This document shows, one piece after another, positions 46,622-56,550 of a DNA stretch of 64,000 nucleotides (the stretch's first letter is position 1; each line of letters begins with the position of its first letter). The stretch is from contig JAJZYT010000005.1 of assembly GCA_021797915.1 (NCBI GenBank), positions 10,043 to 74,042 on the forward strand, in the 5' to 3' direction. This stretch comes from Thermoplasmata archaeon (lineage in GTDB: Archaea > Thermoplasmatota > Thermoplasmata > Thermoplasmatales > GCA-001856825). The translations under genes were made by a program, and so were the position numbers. Below the pieces are notes generated by a model, which was given only the letters and a program-made list of their open reading frames with translations, searched no databases and was not told the origin of the DNA.

Positions 46622-48640
46622 TTGATTATGTACCTATTCTCTTCCCTGCTTTTGATTGGCATGCTTATTTCTGGAGCTCTTTTCCTACTTCAGATATACC
46701 GATTGCTGTGGAACATGTTTAAGGTTTCTACAAAGAAAACTACCATCGGCAAGTCCATTTTACGCAGGATCTATCTTGGGTTCAGGAACGTAATTTTTCA
46801 GGGAAAACTCTTCAAGGACTTGGGTGGAGGGATCATGCACGCACTGATGTTCTGGGGGTTCCTTGCATTTGCCTTCTATTCTGTAGATGTCTTCCTCACA
46901 GGACTGAATCCATCTTCCAGATTCTTCCTCACGGGATTGCCAGAATACGTGGTCTTCTTTTCTGTTGATATTTTCGCATTAATCGTTATAGCTGATGTGA
47001 TCTATGCAGTGGTTAGGAGATGGGTGATAAAGATCAAGAGGTATCAGGGTTACAACGGTTTCGAGGCTTCTTTCATCCTCTTCCTAGTGGCCAGTCTGAT
47101 GGTTAGTTATCTGTTTCTATCTGGACTCAGGATCGATGGCTACACTAGTGGAATACCTGGGGGAGTGATGGAAAATCTTCCTGCTTCGGTTACCCCTATT
47201 AGTGCACTCGTTGCCTCAATCATCCCGTCCATCTCGACGACTACTGCAACGAACCTATATTGGTCTGTCTGGTCATTCCACGTAATCATATTCCTTGTAT
47301 TTCTAGCATACATTCCTTCCTCCAAACACCTTCATCTCGTAGCTGCTCCCTTTAATGTCCTCCTTACTGACGAAAAGCCGAGAGGTCAGCTTTCAGACAT
47401 AGATTTTGAAAAGACAACAAAGTTCGGGGCAACAGATATCAGGGATTTCAGTTGGAAGGACTACCTGGATCTTTACTCCTGTACTGAGTGTGGCAGATGC
47501 ACCGCTGCCTGCCCTGCAAATCTTACTGGAAAGTCCCTCTCTCCAAGAGATATTATATGGGATCTAAGGACAGCGCTTCTGGAAGAAGGAACCGCCTTCA
47601 GGAGCGGAGACAGAAGCAAACCGGATGAAGCATTCCCAACGGTGCTAAATAGCGTGATCAAGGAAGAAGATTTGTGGTCTTGCACCACCTGCAATGCATG
47701 CGTTGAAGAGTGTCCTGTGATGATCAATCACGTAGACAAGATCGTAGAAATGAGAAGATCTCTTGTTCTGAACCAAGGAAGTGCCCCTAAGGGAATCACA
47801 GACATGTATGCCAACATGGAATCTTACCAGAATCCGTGGACAAATGATCCCGCAACCAGAGCGGACTGGACAAAGGGATTGAACGTGCCCGATCTTTCGA
47901 AGAACCCGGACCAGAAATTTGATTATCTTTTCTGGGTGGGATGCTCAGGTAGTTACGATCCAAGAAACCAGGAAATTTCGAAGGCACTTGTTAAGGTCCT
48001 GGAAAAAGCTGGAGTGTCTTATGCTATTCTAGGTACGGAAGAAAAGTGCACTGGTGATCCTGCTAGGAGATCTGGAAACGAATACCAGTTCCAGACTCTG
48101 CAAACTCAAAACGTTGAAACATTCAAAAAGTATGGAGTTAAGAAGATCGTAACGATCTGCCCGCACTGTTTCAACACGTTCAAGAACGAATATAACATCA
48201 AAATGGACTTGGAGGTGGTGCATCATACGGAATTCATCGATTCCCTGCTAAGAGAGGGGAAGATATCAATGAAGGAGAAGAATGACACGGAGAAATTCAC
48301 CTACCACGATTCTTGCTATCTCGGAAGATACAACAGGGTTTTTGATGCTCCCAGAAACATCATCAGCCTGGTGACCACCAACTACCAGGAGATGGAGATG
48401 AACAAGACCAAGGGCCTCTGCTGCGGAGCCGGAGGAGCAAGAATGTGGATGGAGGAGAATGTTGGAACGAAGATATCGCACAAGAGGATTGACCAAGCAG
48501 ATCAAATAAATGCTTCAGTGGTTGTGACAGCGTGTCCATATTGCATGTCGATGCTAGACGACGCAAGGAAGGTTACAAATAAAGAAGAAAAAATGAAGGT
48601 CAAAGACATAGCGGAGCTAGTAGCTGAGAACCTCTCATAG
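46622..48640 (+). CDS. Membrane-anchored Fe-S oxidoreductase (HdrD/GlpC-like, EtfD-like)
   Basis: N-terminal ~5-6 TM domain, two ferredoxin motifs (CTECGRCTAACP and CTTCNACVEECP), and C-terminal CCG-type cysteine-rich domains (..GLCCGAGG..). It is convergent with etfAB. Confidence 0.85.
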   Translation: MIMYLFSSLLLIGMLISGALFLLQIYRLLWNMFKVSTKKTTIGKSILRRIYLGFRNVIFQGKLFKDLGGGIMHALMFWGFLAFAFYSVDVFLTGLNPSSRFFLTGLPEYVVFFSVDIFALIVIADVIYAVVRRWVIKIKRYQGYNGFEASFILFLVASLMVSYLFLSGLRIDGYTSGIPGGVMENLPASVTPISALVASIIPSISTTTATNLYWSVWSFHVIIFLVFLAYIPSSKHLHLVAAPFNVLLTDEKPRGQLSDIDFEKTTKFGATDIRDFSWKDYLDLYSCTECGRCTAACPANLTGKSLSPRDIIWDLRTALLEEGTAFRSGDRSKPDEAFPTVLNSVIKEEDLWSCTTCNACVEECPVMINHVDKIVEMRRSLVLNQGSAPKGITDMYANMESYQNPWTNDPATRADWTKGLNVPDLSKNPDQKFDYLFWVGCSGSYDPRNQEISKALVKVLEKAGVSYAILGTEEKCTGDPARRSGNEYQFQTLQTQNVETFKKYGVKKIVTICPHCFNTFKNEYNIKMDLEVVHHTEFIDSLLREGKISMKEKNDTEKFTYHDSCYLGRYNRVFDAPRNIISLVTTNYQEMEMNKTKGLCCGAGGARMWMEENVGTKISHKRIDQADQINASVVVTACPYCMSMLDDARKVTNKEEKMKVKDIAELVAENLS

Positions 48641-49519
48641 GTAGGATACTATTTTTGGCACGATCTGGTAAAGGTCTCCTACGATTCCGTAGTCTGCTTC
48701 CTGGAAAATAGGCGCATTCTTGTCCTTATTGACTGCAACCACTACCTTGGATCCCCTCATTCCGGCGATATGCTGAATCTGTCCTGAGATGCCCAGAGCC
48801 ACATATGCCTTCGGCTTGACAGTTCTCCCAGAGTACCCAACCTGCCTGTCCTCCGACAGCCAGTGGTAATCCAGGCAGACGGGTCTTGAACCTGCCAGTT
48901 CTCCCCTCACTGCTTTAACCAGCGGCTCTATCTGTTGAATTCCTTCAATCTTTCCTAGACCTCTCCCCACCGCGACAATTATGTTTGCCTTCTCCAGATT
49001 CACTTCTTTCGCTTTCTTCTGTTCAATTGCTAGTATCTTGACGACCCCTTCTGGAATGTTCTTTGTTTCAATGGGAGAACTTCCATCACCAGGAACATCA
49101 TCCGACAAGCCAGAAAGGAAAGTGAATAACTTTGACTTGGACTCCTCCTCAATTACCGCCTTTCCTCCAAGTCCATATCGTTTCGTAGTTACCGTTCCAC
49201 TGTTGAATTTGATATCAAAAATTTCAGGGATAACTTCAATGGACTTTTGTCCAGAAAACAGGGAAGCAATGTCTCTTCCCAATACTGTGGAAGCTATCAT
49301 CACTAGGTCATATCCTCCACTTGAAAATTCATCCGAAAGCAGAGAGGAGATTCCCTTCACATCCGGTTTCCCTGTCAGAAGAACGATTTTCTGAGCTCCA
49401 TATTTTGTAAGCGACTCACCCTTTTCTGTGGTGTAAAGTACAAAATCTCCCTTCCCCTTCAGGAAACTCATAACCTGTTTAGCACTGTCTTCGATATCAG
49501 AAAATATCAAAAATTTCAT
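48635..49519 (-). CDS. etfA: Electron transfer flavoprotein, alpha subunit
   Basis: C-terminal FAD-binding block ..PKAYVALGISGQIQHIAGM..VAVNKDKNAPIF.. Confidence 0.9.
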   Translation of the reverse strand: MKFLIFSDIEDSAKQVMSFLKGKGDFVLYTTEKGESLTKYGAQKIVLLTGKPDVKGISSLLSDEFSSGGYDLVMIASTVLGRDIASLFSGQKSIEVIPEIFDIKFNSGTVTTKRYGLGGKAVIEEESKSKLFTFLSGLSDDVPGDGSSPIETKNIPEGVVKILAIEQKKAKEVNLEKANIIVAVGRGLGKIEGIQQIEPLVKAVRGELAGSRPVCLDYHWLSEDRQVGYSGRTVKPKAYVALGISGQIQHIAGMRGSKVVVAVNKDKNAPIFQEADYGIVGDLYQIVPKIVSYL

Positions 49520-50262
49520 TTCATCGCCTCCTTTAAAACTTTGGCGACCTCTTGCGCACCTTTGTCTACATCCTCGAATATCAATCTCTTTCTTTCGCTT
49601 TTAGGAGCTTTCTTGGAGATAATCTTGGACGTATTCTCTATCTTAACAGTCGACTGTTCAGTGCTTATGCTCTTTTTTCCTGCTTTGATGATCTGTAGTA
49701 CCGGTGGAAATCTTGGTTCATTTGTCTCCTGCGTTACGGAGATTACTGCTGGCATCGTGGCTTCCAATTTGATAACGTCTTTCTCTGTCGCAGTGCTCAC
49801 CTTCACGATCTTATCTGTCACTTCTATTGAGACGGCATTGGATAACAGAGGAAGATTCAGTTCGGTGGCTACGAGCCCCGCCACCATGCCACTCATTGAA
49901 TCTGCAGACTGATTTCCGAGTATCACAAGATCGTAGTGGAGTTGTTTTATTTTTTGGGCCAGCACTTTAGCAGTAAGAACAGGATTGTTCTCGCTGTATC
50001 CGGTTATGAGGATTCCTTCATCGACTCCCATTGCATAAGCCTCTTTCATTACCTGTGTTCCCTTTTCATTCCCAAAGAGAACTGCAGTGATCTTGCCACC
50101 GTTCTTCTCCTTGATTCTAACGGCGGCTTCCACCGAGTTCTTGCTCAGATTTTCAAATTTGAAAGGCACTCCGTCGGTTATGGGTTCTTCAGTCGATTGG
50201 TTTACTTTTATTAATTCTAGATCCGGTATTTGTTTAATAAGTACAACGATGTCATATGGCAT
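49516..50262 (-). CDS. etfB: Electron transfer flavoprotein, beta subunit
   Basis: ETF beta fold (VLIKQIPD.., ..DLVILGNQSADS..). It overlaps etfA by 4 nt. Confidence 0.9.
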   Translation of the reverse strand: MPYDIVVLIKQIPDLELIKVNQSTEEPITDGVPFKFENLSKNSVEAAVRIKEKNGGKITAVLFGNEKGTQVMKEAYAMGVDEGILITGYSENNPVLTAKVLAQKIKQLHYDLVILGNQSADSMSGMVAGLVATELNLPLLSNAVSIEVTDKIVKVSTATEKDVIKLEATMPAVISVTQETNEPRFPPVLQIIKAGKKSISTEQSTVKIENTSKIISKKAPKSERKRLIFEDVDKGAQEVAKVLKEAMK

Positions 50263-50570
50263 TACAAACCACTAATTCGTAAATGCACTCTTCAGATATT
50301 ATCCTTGCTTTTCAATGTCAATTTCAAAATTTCAGTTTTAGAGTGTACTCCTGTTTCCTCTATTTGGAACTCTAAAGAGAAGGCCACTTCACCATTAGGG
50401 ATAACTAGCTCAGTTCTAATCGGAAATTCTGTGCTTTTCTATTAATAAAAAGTCACTAGAAATAAATGAATAACCATACAGATTACTAAACAAATTTAAG
50501 TGTCGCACAATGGCACCGCCGAACCGTAAAAGAGTTATATATCCGTCATTAATCTAAAACTGTAATATCT

Positions 50571-51761
50571 ATGGAAAATAAAGAAGTGTTTTTGGTTTAT
50601 TACAAAAGGACCCCATTCTCAAAGTCAAAACCCAGCGATCCCACAAAGGATGTGTTCAACAGCATAAGAATGGACGAAGCTCTTGCAGCGCTTATGAAAG
50701 ATTCGGTGAAAGAGACAGGTGTGAAGCCAACCGAAATAAACGACACCATTTTAGGATCTGCTTTACAGGTTGGAGAGAATTGGATGTATGGAGGCAGGCA
50801 ACCTGTTTTGTTGGCAGGTTTTCCGGTCGAAGTTCCTGCGATGGCAATAGATAGAGCATGTTCGTCTTCACTGAACGCAATTAGTATAGGCGCTATGGAG
50901 ATAATGACGGGCAATTCGGAAATAGTCTTGGCAGGAGGGATGGAGCACATGACACACGTCCCCCTTGGTGACAATCCGATGGTCAGCCCCAACCTTAAGC
51001 TACTGCTCAGACCGGAGTACATGAAATATGACATGAAGACCGGCTTTTATATGGGGCTTACCGCTGAGAAACTTGCGAAGCTGAAGGGTATCCCGAGAGA
51101 CGAAATGGATACGTTCGCCTATGAGAGCCATAAGTACGCATCTCAAGCACAGGATAGCGGTTTCTTCAAGGACGAAATACTCCCGATTGAAGTAGAATCG
51201 GAGGGCGAGACCAAGATTATCGATAAAGACCAAAGCGTTAGAAAGGATAGCTCGGTTGAACAAATGAAAAAACTGCCTGCTGCGTTTAAAGAAGGAGGAG
51301 TCATAACTGCAGGAAATTCATCTCCACTAAATGCAGGTGCCTCGCTTGTCATGTTGGCGTCTGGAAAAAAAGTGAAAGAATACGGATTGAAACCCCTCTC
51401 AAAGGTGAGTGCTTTTGGGTGGGCTGGAGTCGACCCATCATTAATGGGTGAGGGACCCGTACCCGCATCAAAGAAGCTACTTGCAGGAGCTAAATTGACT
51501 TCTGAAGACATCGATCTATGGGAAATCAACGAGGCGTTCGCCGTAGTAGTTCTTAACGCGATGCGAGAGCTCAACATTCCGAGGAACAAGGTCAATGTCA
51601 AGGGAGGCGCGATAGCAATAGGACACCCTCTCGGAGCCTCGGGTGCGAGACTCGCGGGAACTCTATCTCGTCAACTGAAAGCAAGCGGGAAGGAGAGGGG
51701 TATAGCCTCGCTTTGTGTTGGTGGAGGACAAGGATATTCTGTACTAATGGAGAAGGTGTAA
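50571..51761 (+). CDS. Acetyl-CoA C-acyltransferase (thiolase)
   Basis: 396 aa. Active-site regions ..IDRACSSSLNAI.., ..NEAFAVVVL.. and ..GGAIAIGHPLGASGARL..CVGGGQG. Confidence 0.9.
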   Translation: MENKEVFLVYYKRTPFSKSKPSDPTKDVFNSIRMDEALAALMKDSVKETGVKPTEINDTILGSALQVGENWMYGGRQPVLLAGFPVEVPAMAIDRACSSSLNAISIGAMEIMTGNSEIVLAGGMEHMTHVPLGDNPMVSPNLKLLLRPEYMKYDMKTGFYMGLTAEKLAKLKGIPRDEMDTFAYESHKYASQAQDSGFFKDEILPIEVESEGETKIIDKDQSVRKDSSVEQMKKLPAAFKEGGVITAGNSSPLNAGASLVMLASGKKVKEYGLKPLSKVSAFGWAGVDPSLMGEGPVPASKKLLAGAKLTSEDIDLWEINEAFAVVVLNAMRELNIPRNKVNVKGGAIAIGHPLGASGARLAGTLSRQLKASGKERGIASLCVGGGQGYSVLMEKV

Positions 51762-51763
51762 TA

Positions 51764-52891
51764 ATGGATTTCGAATTGAGTGACGATATAAAAGAGGCCG
51801 TTGTAAGGGCCAAGGAATTTGCTAACAAGTATTTCACGGAAGAAGTTGCTGAAAAATCCGATTTCAATGAAGAGTTTCCTACAGACATAGTAGCTATCTC
51901 GAAAAAAGAGAAGGTATTGGATTTCTCAAATCCCTGGAAAGTTCTGGTTACCATCGAAGAGCTCGTAAGAAGGGACCCGGGTTTAGGTATATCCGTTACC
52001 ATTTCTGCATTTGGAGCAGAGATTTTTATGTTCTTTGGTAACGATGCCCAGAAGGAGAAGTACATGAACCCGGTCTTTGCAGGGAAGAGGACCCTAGGTC
52101 TTGGCGTAACTGAGGCAGGAGGAGGGTCAGACGTTGCAGGCATTAAGTGCGAGGCCAGACTTGATGGAGACTCCTATGTCCTGAACGGCGGAAAGATGTT
52201 CATAAGCAATGGACAGATTGCCGACCACTTCCTAGTACTTGCTAGAACTTCCCCACCTCCGTCCCCGGAAAAGAAGCACAAGGGTTTGAGCGTGTTCGTT
52301 GTCGATTCAAAGAGTCCAGGATTTGCCATAAATAAGTTGCACGGAAAGCTTGGAGTAAGAGCCACCAACACTGCAGAACTCATATTCGACAACGTTAGGG
52401 TACCCAAGGAAGACATGGTAGGAGAAGAAGGGAAGGGATTCTACTATATCATGACCTTCTTCAACATCAGCAGGATATACGTTGCTGCACAGGGGTTGGG
52501 AATAGCCCACGGTGCACTGGATCGACTGATAGAATACTCAAAGAAGTATGCTCCAGTTTCGGAAACTGGGGAGTTGAATGAGAATTTGCAGCTCGCGATT
52601 GCGGAAATTGCTACTAGAGTTGAAGCAACTCGGAACATCACCTATAAGGCGGCTTCCTACTTATTCAAATTCACACCAAATCCGATCGTGACCAGCATGG
52701 CAAAGTTCTATGCTGCAGAGACTGCGGTATTCGCCACTAAAAGGGCTATTGAACTCATGTCACTTCATGGACTGACTTCTGACCTTGAAAGATTCTTCAG
52801 AGACGCAAAGATCCTAGACATTTGGGAAGGAACAACAGAGGTAGAGAAGCTTATAATCACGAGGATGATGCTGAAGGAAGGAGGAGCGTGA
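51764..52891 (+). CDS. Acyl-CoA dehydrogenase (canonical catalytic motif present)
   Basis: The ATG at 51764 lies 2 nt after the thiolase stop. It has ..GLGVTEAGGGSD.. and the C-terminal ..DIWEGTTEVEK.. (YEGT-type catalytic Glu). Confidence 0.88.
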   Translation: MDFELSDDIKEAVVRAKEFANKYFTEEVAEKSDFNEEFPTDIVAISKKEKVLDFSNPWKVLVTIEELVRRDPGLGISVTISAFGAEIFMFFGNDAQKEKYMNPVFAGKRTLGLGVTEAGGGSDVAGIKCEARLDGDSYVLNGGKMFISNGQIADHFLVLARTSPPPSPEKKHKGLSVFVVDSKSPGFAINKLHGKLGVRATNTAELIFDNVRVPKEDMVGEEGKGFYYIMTFFNISRIYVAAQGLGIAHGALDRLIEYSKKYAPVSETGELNENLQLAIAEIATRVEATRNITYKAASYLFKFTPNPIVTSMAKFYAAETAVFATKRAIELMSLHGLTSDLERFFRDAKILDIWEGTTEVEKLIITRMMLKEGGA

Positions 52892-52896
52892 CCTAG

Positions 52897-53931
52897 ATGG
52901 AAGAGGAATATGAAATTCTTGAAAATACAGTTAAAGATTTTAATGCGAAATATGTGGAAAACAACTCAATAAAATTTGAAAATGAGAGCATGGGGAAGGA
53001 ATTCGTTAAGTTGCTCGCAGATCAGGGATTCTTTTCCATGATGGGACAGTCTGGAGAAGAAGTTGCAGATGTCAAGACGCTATCAGTAGTTCTTGAGAAT
53101 CTTGCAAAGTCTGTTCCCGCGGTCGCCGTTAAGACACTTCTCGCAAACTCCTTTTTGAGCCTCGTAAAGGATCCTGAAGTTACCGAAGCTGTTGCTAACG
53201 GTTCCAAATCTGGGACAGTGACCTTTTCTGATCTACTAGTCGGTCCAGGGCAGAATGGCAGCCTTCTTTTGAGTGACGGTAAGATCAAGGGTGAGAAACA
53301 GTTCGTGGTTGGAAGCGATTCTGATTTTATTGTAACGCTTCTGGATACGGGAGAGCTTGTACTTCTAAAGTCTGGATTCACAGCAGGGAAGAAACTCAAG
53401 AGACTAGGGTTTAGGAGCATAGGCTTTTCTGCAGTAAATGTGAATTCATCTGACTATGAGGTGCTGAGCAAGGAAGGAAGAAAAGAGCTTGAAAAGTTGT
53501 ACTATCAACTGTCAATCCCAGTCGCGGCAATTTCGCTTGGAATGAGTAAGGCAGTTTCACAAAAGGGTCTGGATTATGCCAAGGTGAGAACTGCATTTGG
53601 ACACTATTTGAAGGATTTCCAACCGCTCGCATTCGAGCTGACTTCACTCATAGCAGAGACGGAGATTCTGCAACGCTATTTCGAGGTACTGATATCTACC
53701 TCTCCGAGCAGGAAAGAAGCCATGTTCCTAAAGCACAAGGCACTCGCGCTCGCCAAAGACATCAGCAAGACTTCTTTGCAGATACACGGTGGATACGGAT
53801 ATCTGGAAGACTTTGGAATTGAGAAATTCTACAGGGATTCGATGGCCCTGTCTGTGCTTTTCCACAACGAAGAACACGAGATGGAAGTTCTGTCCACATT
53901 GGTTTTTGAGACCAAGGCGGGGTTTGTTTAG
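52897..53931 (+). CDS. Acyl-CoA dehydrogenase-like protein, shorter and lacking the canonical catalytic motif
   Basis: 344 aa, starting 5 nt after the previous ACAD. ACAD-like C-terminal helices are present (..LQIHGGYGYLEDFGIEKFYRDS..), but LFHNEEHEM sits where (Y/W)EG(T/S) is expected. Confidence 0.7.
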   Translation: MEEEYEILENTVKDFNAKYVENNSIKFENESMGKEFVKLLADQGFFSMMGQSGEEVADVKTLSVVLENLAKSVPAVAVKTLLANSFLSLVKDPEVTEAVANGSKSGTVTFSDLLVGPGQNGSLLLSDGKIKGEKQFVVGSDSDFIVTLLDTGELVLLKSGFTAGKKLKRLGFRSIGFSAVNVNSSDYEVLSKEGRKELEKLYYQLSIPVAAISLGMSKAVSQKGLDYAKVRTAFGHYLKDFQPLAFELTSLIAETEILQRYFEVLISTSPSRKEAMFLKHKALALAKDISKTSLQIHGGYGYLEDFGIEKFYRDSMALSVLFHNEEHEMEVLSTLVFETKAGFV

Positions 53932-54700
53932 AACTACACGAGAATACTCTCTTAAGTGGAATGCTTGTGGGAATATCACCTGAACGGCAATGGGTAAGAG
54001 TTACTTATGATTAACAATATGACACTCTAAACCGCGTTCCTCTCAAACTTTTGTTTTCAATTAGAAACTCCTATTGAAATTGACTGTCCGGTAGATTATT
54101 TCTTCTTGAGTAGCTCCGTAGTGGGAAGCTATCTTGAGAGCTGCCTCCCTCGGAGTGAGAATAGAAGTATCGATGCTCAGGGATCTATCTCCAGTCACCT
54201 TTCCAAACAGGTAGTATTTTCCTCAACAAATCTTCCAATTCATTTCCTGAATTCAGTTTACCCCATTCTCTCCTTGATCTAATTTTCACTCTTCTTAGTA
54301 TCTCTTCTTTATTACAATGAAATGGACAGAACAGACCATGCCCCTTTTTGATTCGATAAGGTTCCTTATATTTCCTCCATATTTGTCATTGAGACCCTTG
54401 TAGCAGAGCATGGTGAAAATGGTGTTTGTGTCTTCCTCCACAGCTGCCTATATCATTTCGTTTCTGAATTTCCCTACTAATTGCCAGAAGAATGGAGTTC
54501 CAAAATCAAAGATAAATCTAACCTCCTGAATAGAGATATGGTTGTGGAACAATTTGAATCATGTATACTTCTAGAGTTCTATTGCTACCATCAGTTTCCC
54601 CACAGGTGGTGGACCGTGCATGAATATTAACTCAACTTCTATCCCCTTCCTTCACGCGTCTCAAATAGTGGTGGATGACCAGATCAAATATGGATTATCG

Positions 54701-56377
54701 TTATTTTGACTCTCTGAGCTCCCTTCTCAATATCTTTCCAACCAATGTTTTTGGAAGGTCCTTCCTGAATTCTACCGACCTAGGAACTTTGAACTTCGCA
54801 ATCTTGTTATGGAAAAAGTCAATGATTTCCTGTTCTGTCGCACTTTGTCCATCCTTCAGGACTACGAAGGCTTTGACAACCTCACCGTGGGCTGCATCCT
54901 TCACGCCAATTGCTGCCGCTTCCTTGACCTTTGGATTCTGATAGAGAACCTCTTCAACTTCCCTCGGATAGACATTGAACCCCCCGACTATGATTACATC
55001 CTTCTTTCTGTCTACGATATAGAAATATCCCTCTTCGTCCATCTTCGCAATATCCCCGGTGTGAAGCCAGCCATCTTTCAAGACTCCGTTTGTCTCGTCA
55101 GGATTCTTGTAGTATCCCTGCATGACCTGTGGACCCTTTACCAGCAGTTCGCCCTCTGCACCAACAGGCATATTTTTAGTACCGTTTTCCAGATCAACGA
55201 TCTTCGCGTAAGTGGATGGAACTGGTAGACCGATCGAACCTGACTTTATCTTCCCAAACAGAGGATTCACGTGAGTGACTGGTGAAGCTTCAGTGAGCCC
55301 GTAACCTTCAACAAGATGCCCCCCTGTGACTTTATTCCATTTCTCTATTATCTCCACTGGCAACGGCGCAGAGCCTGATATACAATACTGGATGGATTTC
55401 ATATCGACATTTTGGAGCTCTTTGTGAAGGAGAATACCTCCATATAGGGTTGGCACACCGGGGAAGAAGGTTGGGTGATATTTCTTAATCAGTTTGAAAA
55501 TGCCATCTATGTCTGGCTTTGGTTGGAGGACAATTGATGCACCAATCTTTATCGGGAAGTTCATGGCTACGGTCATTCCAAAAACGTGGAAGAAGGGAAT
55601 AACACTGAGCATTACGTCTTTGCCGAACCCTTGACCTGGAAGACATGCTACCGACTGGATGGTGTTACACACCAGGTTCCTGTTCGAAAGCATAGCTCCC
55701 TTTGGTACTCCGGTCGTACCTCCAGTGTATTGCAAAACCGCAAGTGAATTTGTATCGTTGTTCTCCTCTGAACTGGGCTGGAAAGATCGATGTTCTTCAA
55801 ACTTCCTGTATTTCTCTGGGATATCGACAAATTTCTTGTTCTTCTTTCTCTGTAATGTGTAGAGAGAATTGAGTGGAAAGCGCAGATAGTCCTCTATTCT
55901 CGTAGCCACTACAACGAGATTTGGGTATTTCTTGGTCACTCCATCTATTCTTGGAAGAAGATCATCGAATATGATGAGGACCTTTGACTCCGAGTCTCCG
56001 ATTATCCGATCTATCTCTATCTCAAAATAAGTTGGGGAAATTTGAGCTACAACGGCACCAATCTTGTTGATGGCCTGAAACGCAATGATATATTGAGGAC
56101 AGTTAGGAAGATCGACGGCTACCTTGTCGCCTGCATTAACACCCAGCGATTTCAGAAACGATGCAAAAGAATCTGTTCTTTCCTTCAGCTCCCTGTAGCT
56201 CAACTTATAGTTGAAAAAAGCAACAGCGAGATGTTCAGGTATTCTGGCTGCACTCTGTTTTAGGAAATCGTAGGGTTTCACTTCTTTGCATTCAATATCT
56301 GCTGGAACTCCTTTGTCATATAACTTTAACCAAGGTCGGTCACTTTCTGATGTCGGTTGCACAATAATAAAAGGCAT
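54701..56377 (-). CDS. Long-chain fatty acid-CoA ligase (AMP-dependent synthetase)
   Basis: AMP-binding motif YTGGTTGVPKGA, and ..GWLHTGDIA.. 558 aa. Confidence 0.9.
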   Translation of the reverse strand: MPFIIVQPTSESDRPWLKLYDKGVPADIECKEVKPYDFLKQSAARIPEHLAVAFFNYKLSYRELKERTDSFASFLKSLGVNAGDKVAVDLPNCPQYIIAFQAINKIGAVVAQISPTYFEIEIDRIIGDSESKVLIIFDDLLPRIDGVTKKYPNLVVVATRIEDYLRFPLNSLYTLQRKKNKKFVDIPEKYRKFEEHRSFQPSSEENNDTNSLAVLQYTGGTTGVPKGAMLSNRNLVCNTIQSVACLPGQGFGKDVMLSVIPFFHVFGMTVAMNFPIKIGASIVLQPKPDIDGIFKLIKKYHPTFFPGVPTLYGGILLHKELQNVDMKSIQYCISGSAPLPVEIIEKWNKVTGGHLVEGYGLTEASPVTHVNPLFGKIKSGSIGLPVPSTYAKIVDLENGTKNMPVGAEGELLVKGPQVMQGYYKNPDETNGVLKDGWLHTGDIAKMDEEGYFYIVDRKKDVIIVGGFNVYPREVEEVLYQNPKVKEAAAIGVKDAAHGEVVKAFVVLKDGQSATEQEIIDFFHNKIAKFKVPRSVEFRKDLPKTLVGKILRRELRESK

Positions 56378-56550
56378 CCTATAAATAAACGTATCGATTA
56401 CTAAGATTTTTCAAACTAAAAATATTTAACTGAGCCGAAGCAATTCAAATAAATAGAATTCATAGAAAGAAATTATTGCTTGTCAGGTAAATTCATATTG
56501 TTTTTATTTTACTAGATTATAGCAGCTAGACAATAGCCTATGATTAGAGG

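Noticed and set aside
54061-54621. An apparent single-frame 'gene' with seven in-frame stops and no frameshifts, which could hint at stop-codon recoding.
   Set aside because: Seven stops in ~187 codons is close to the random expectation (3/64 per codon). All three stop codons terminate well-supported genes in this window, so there is no case for an alternative code.
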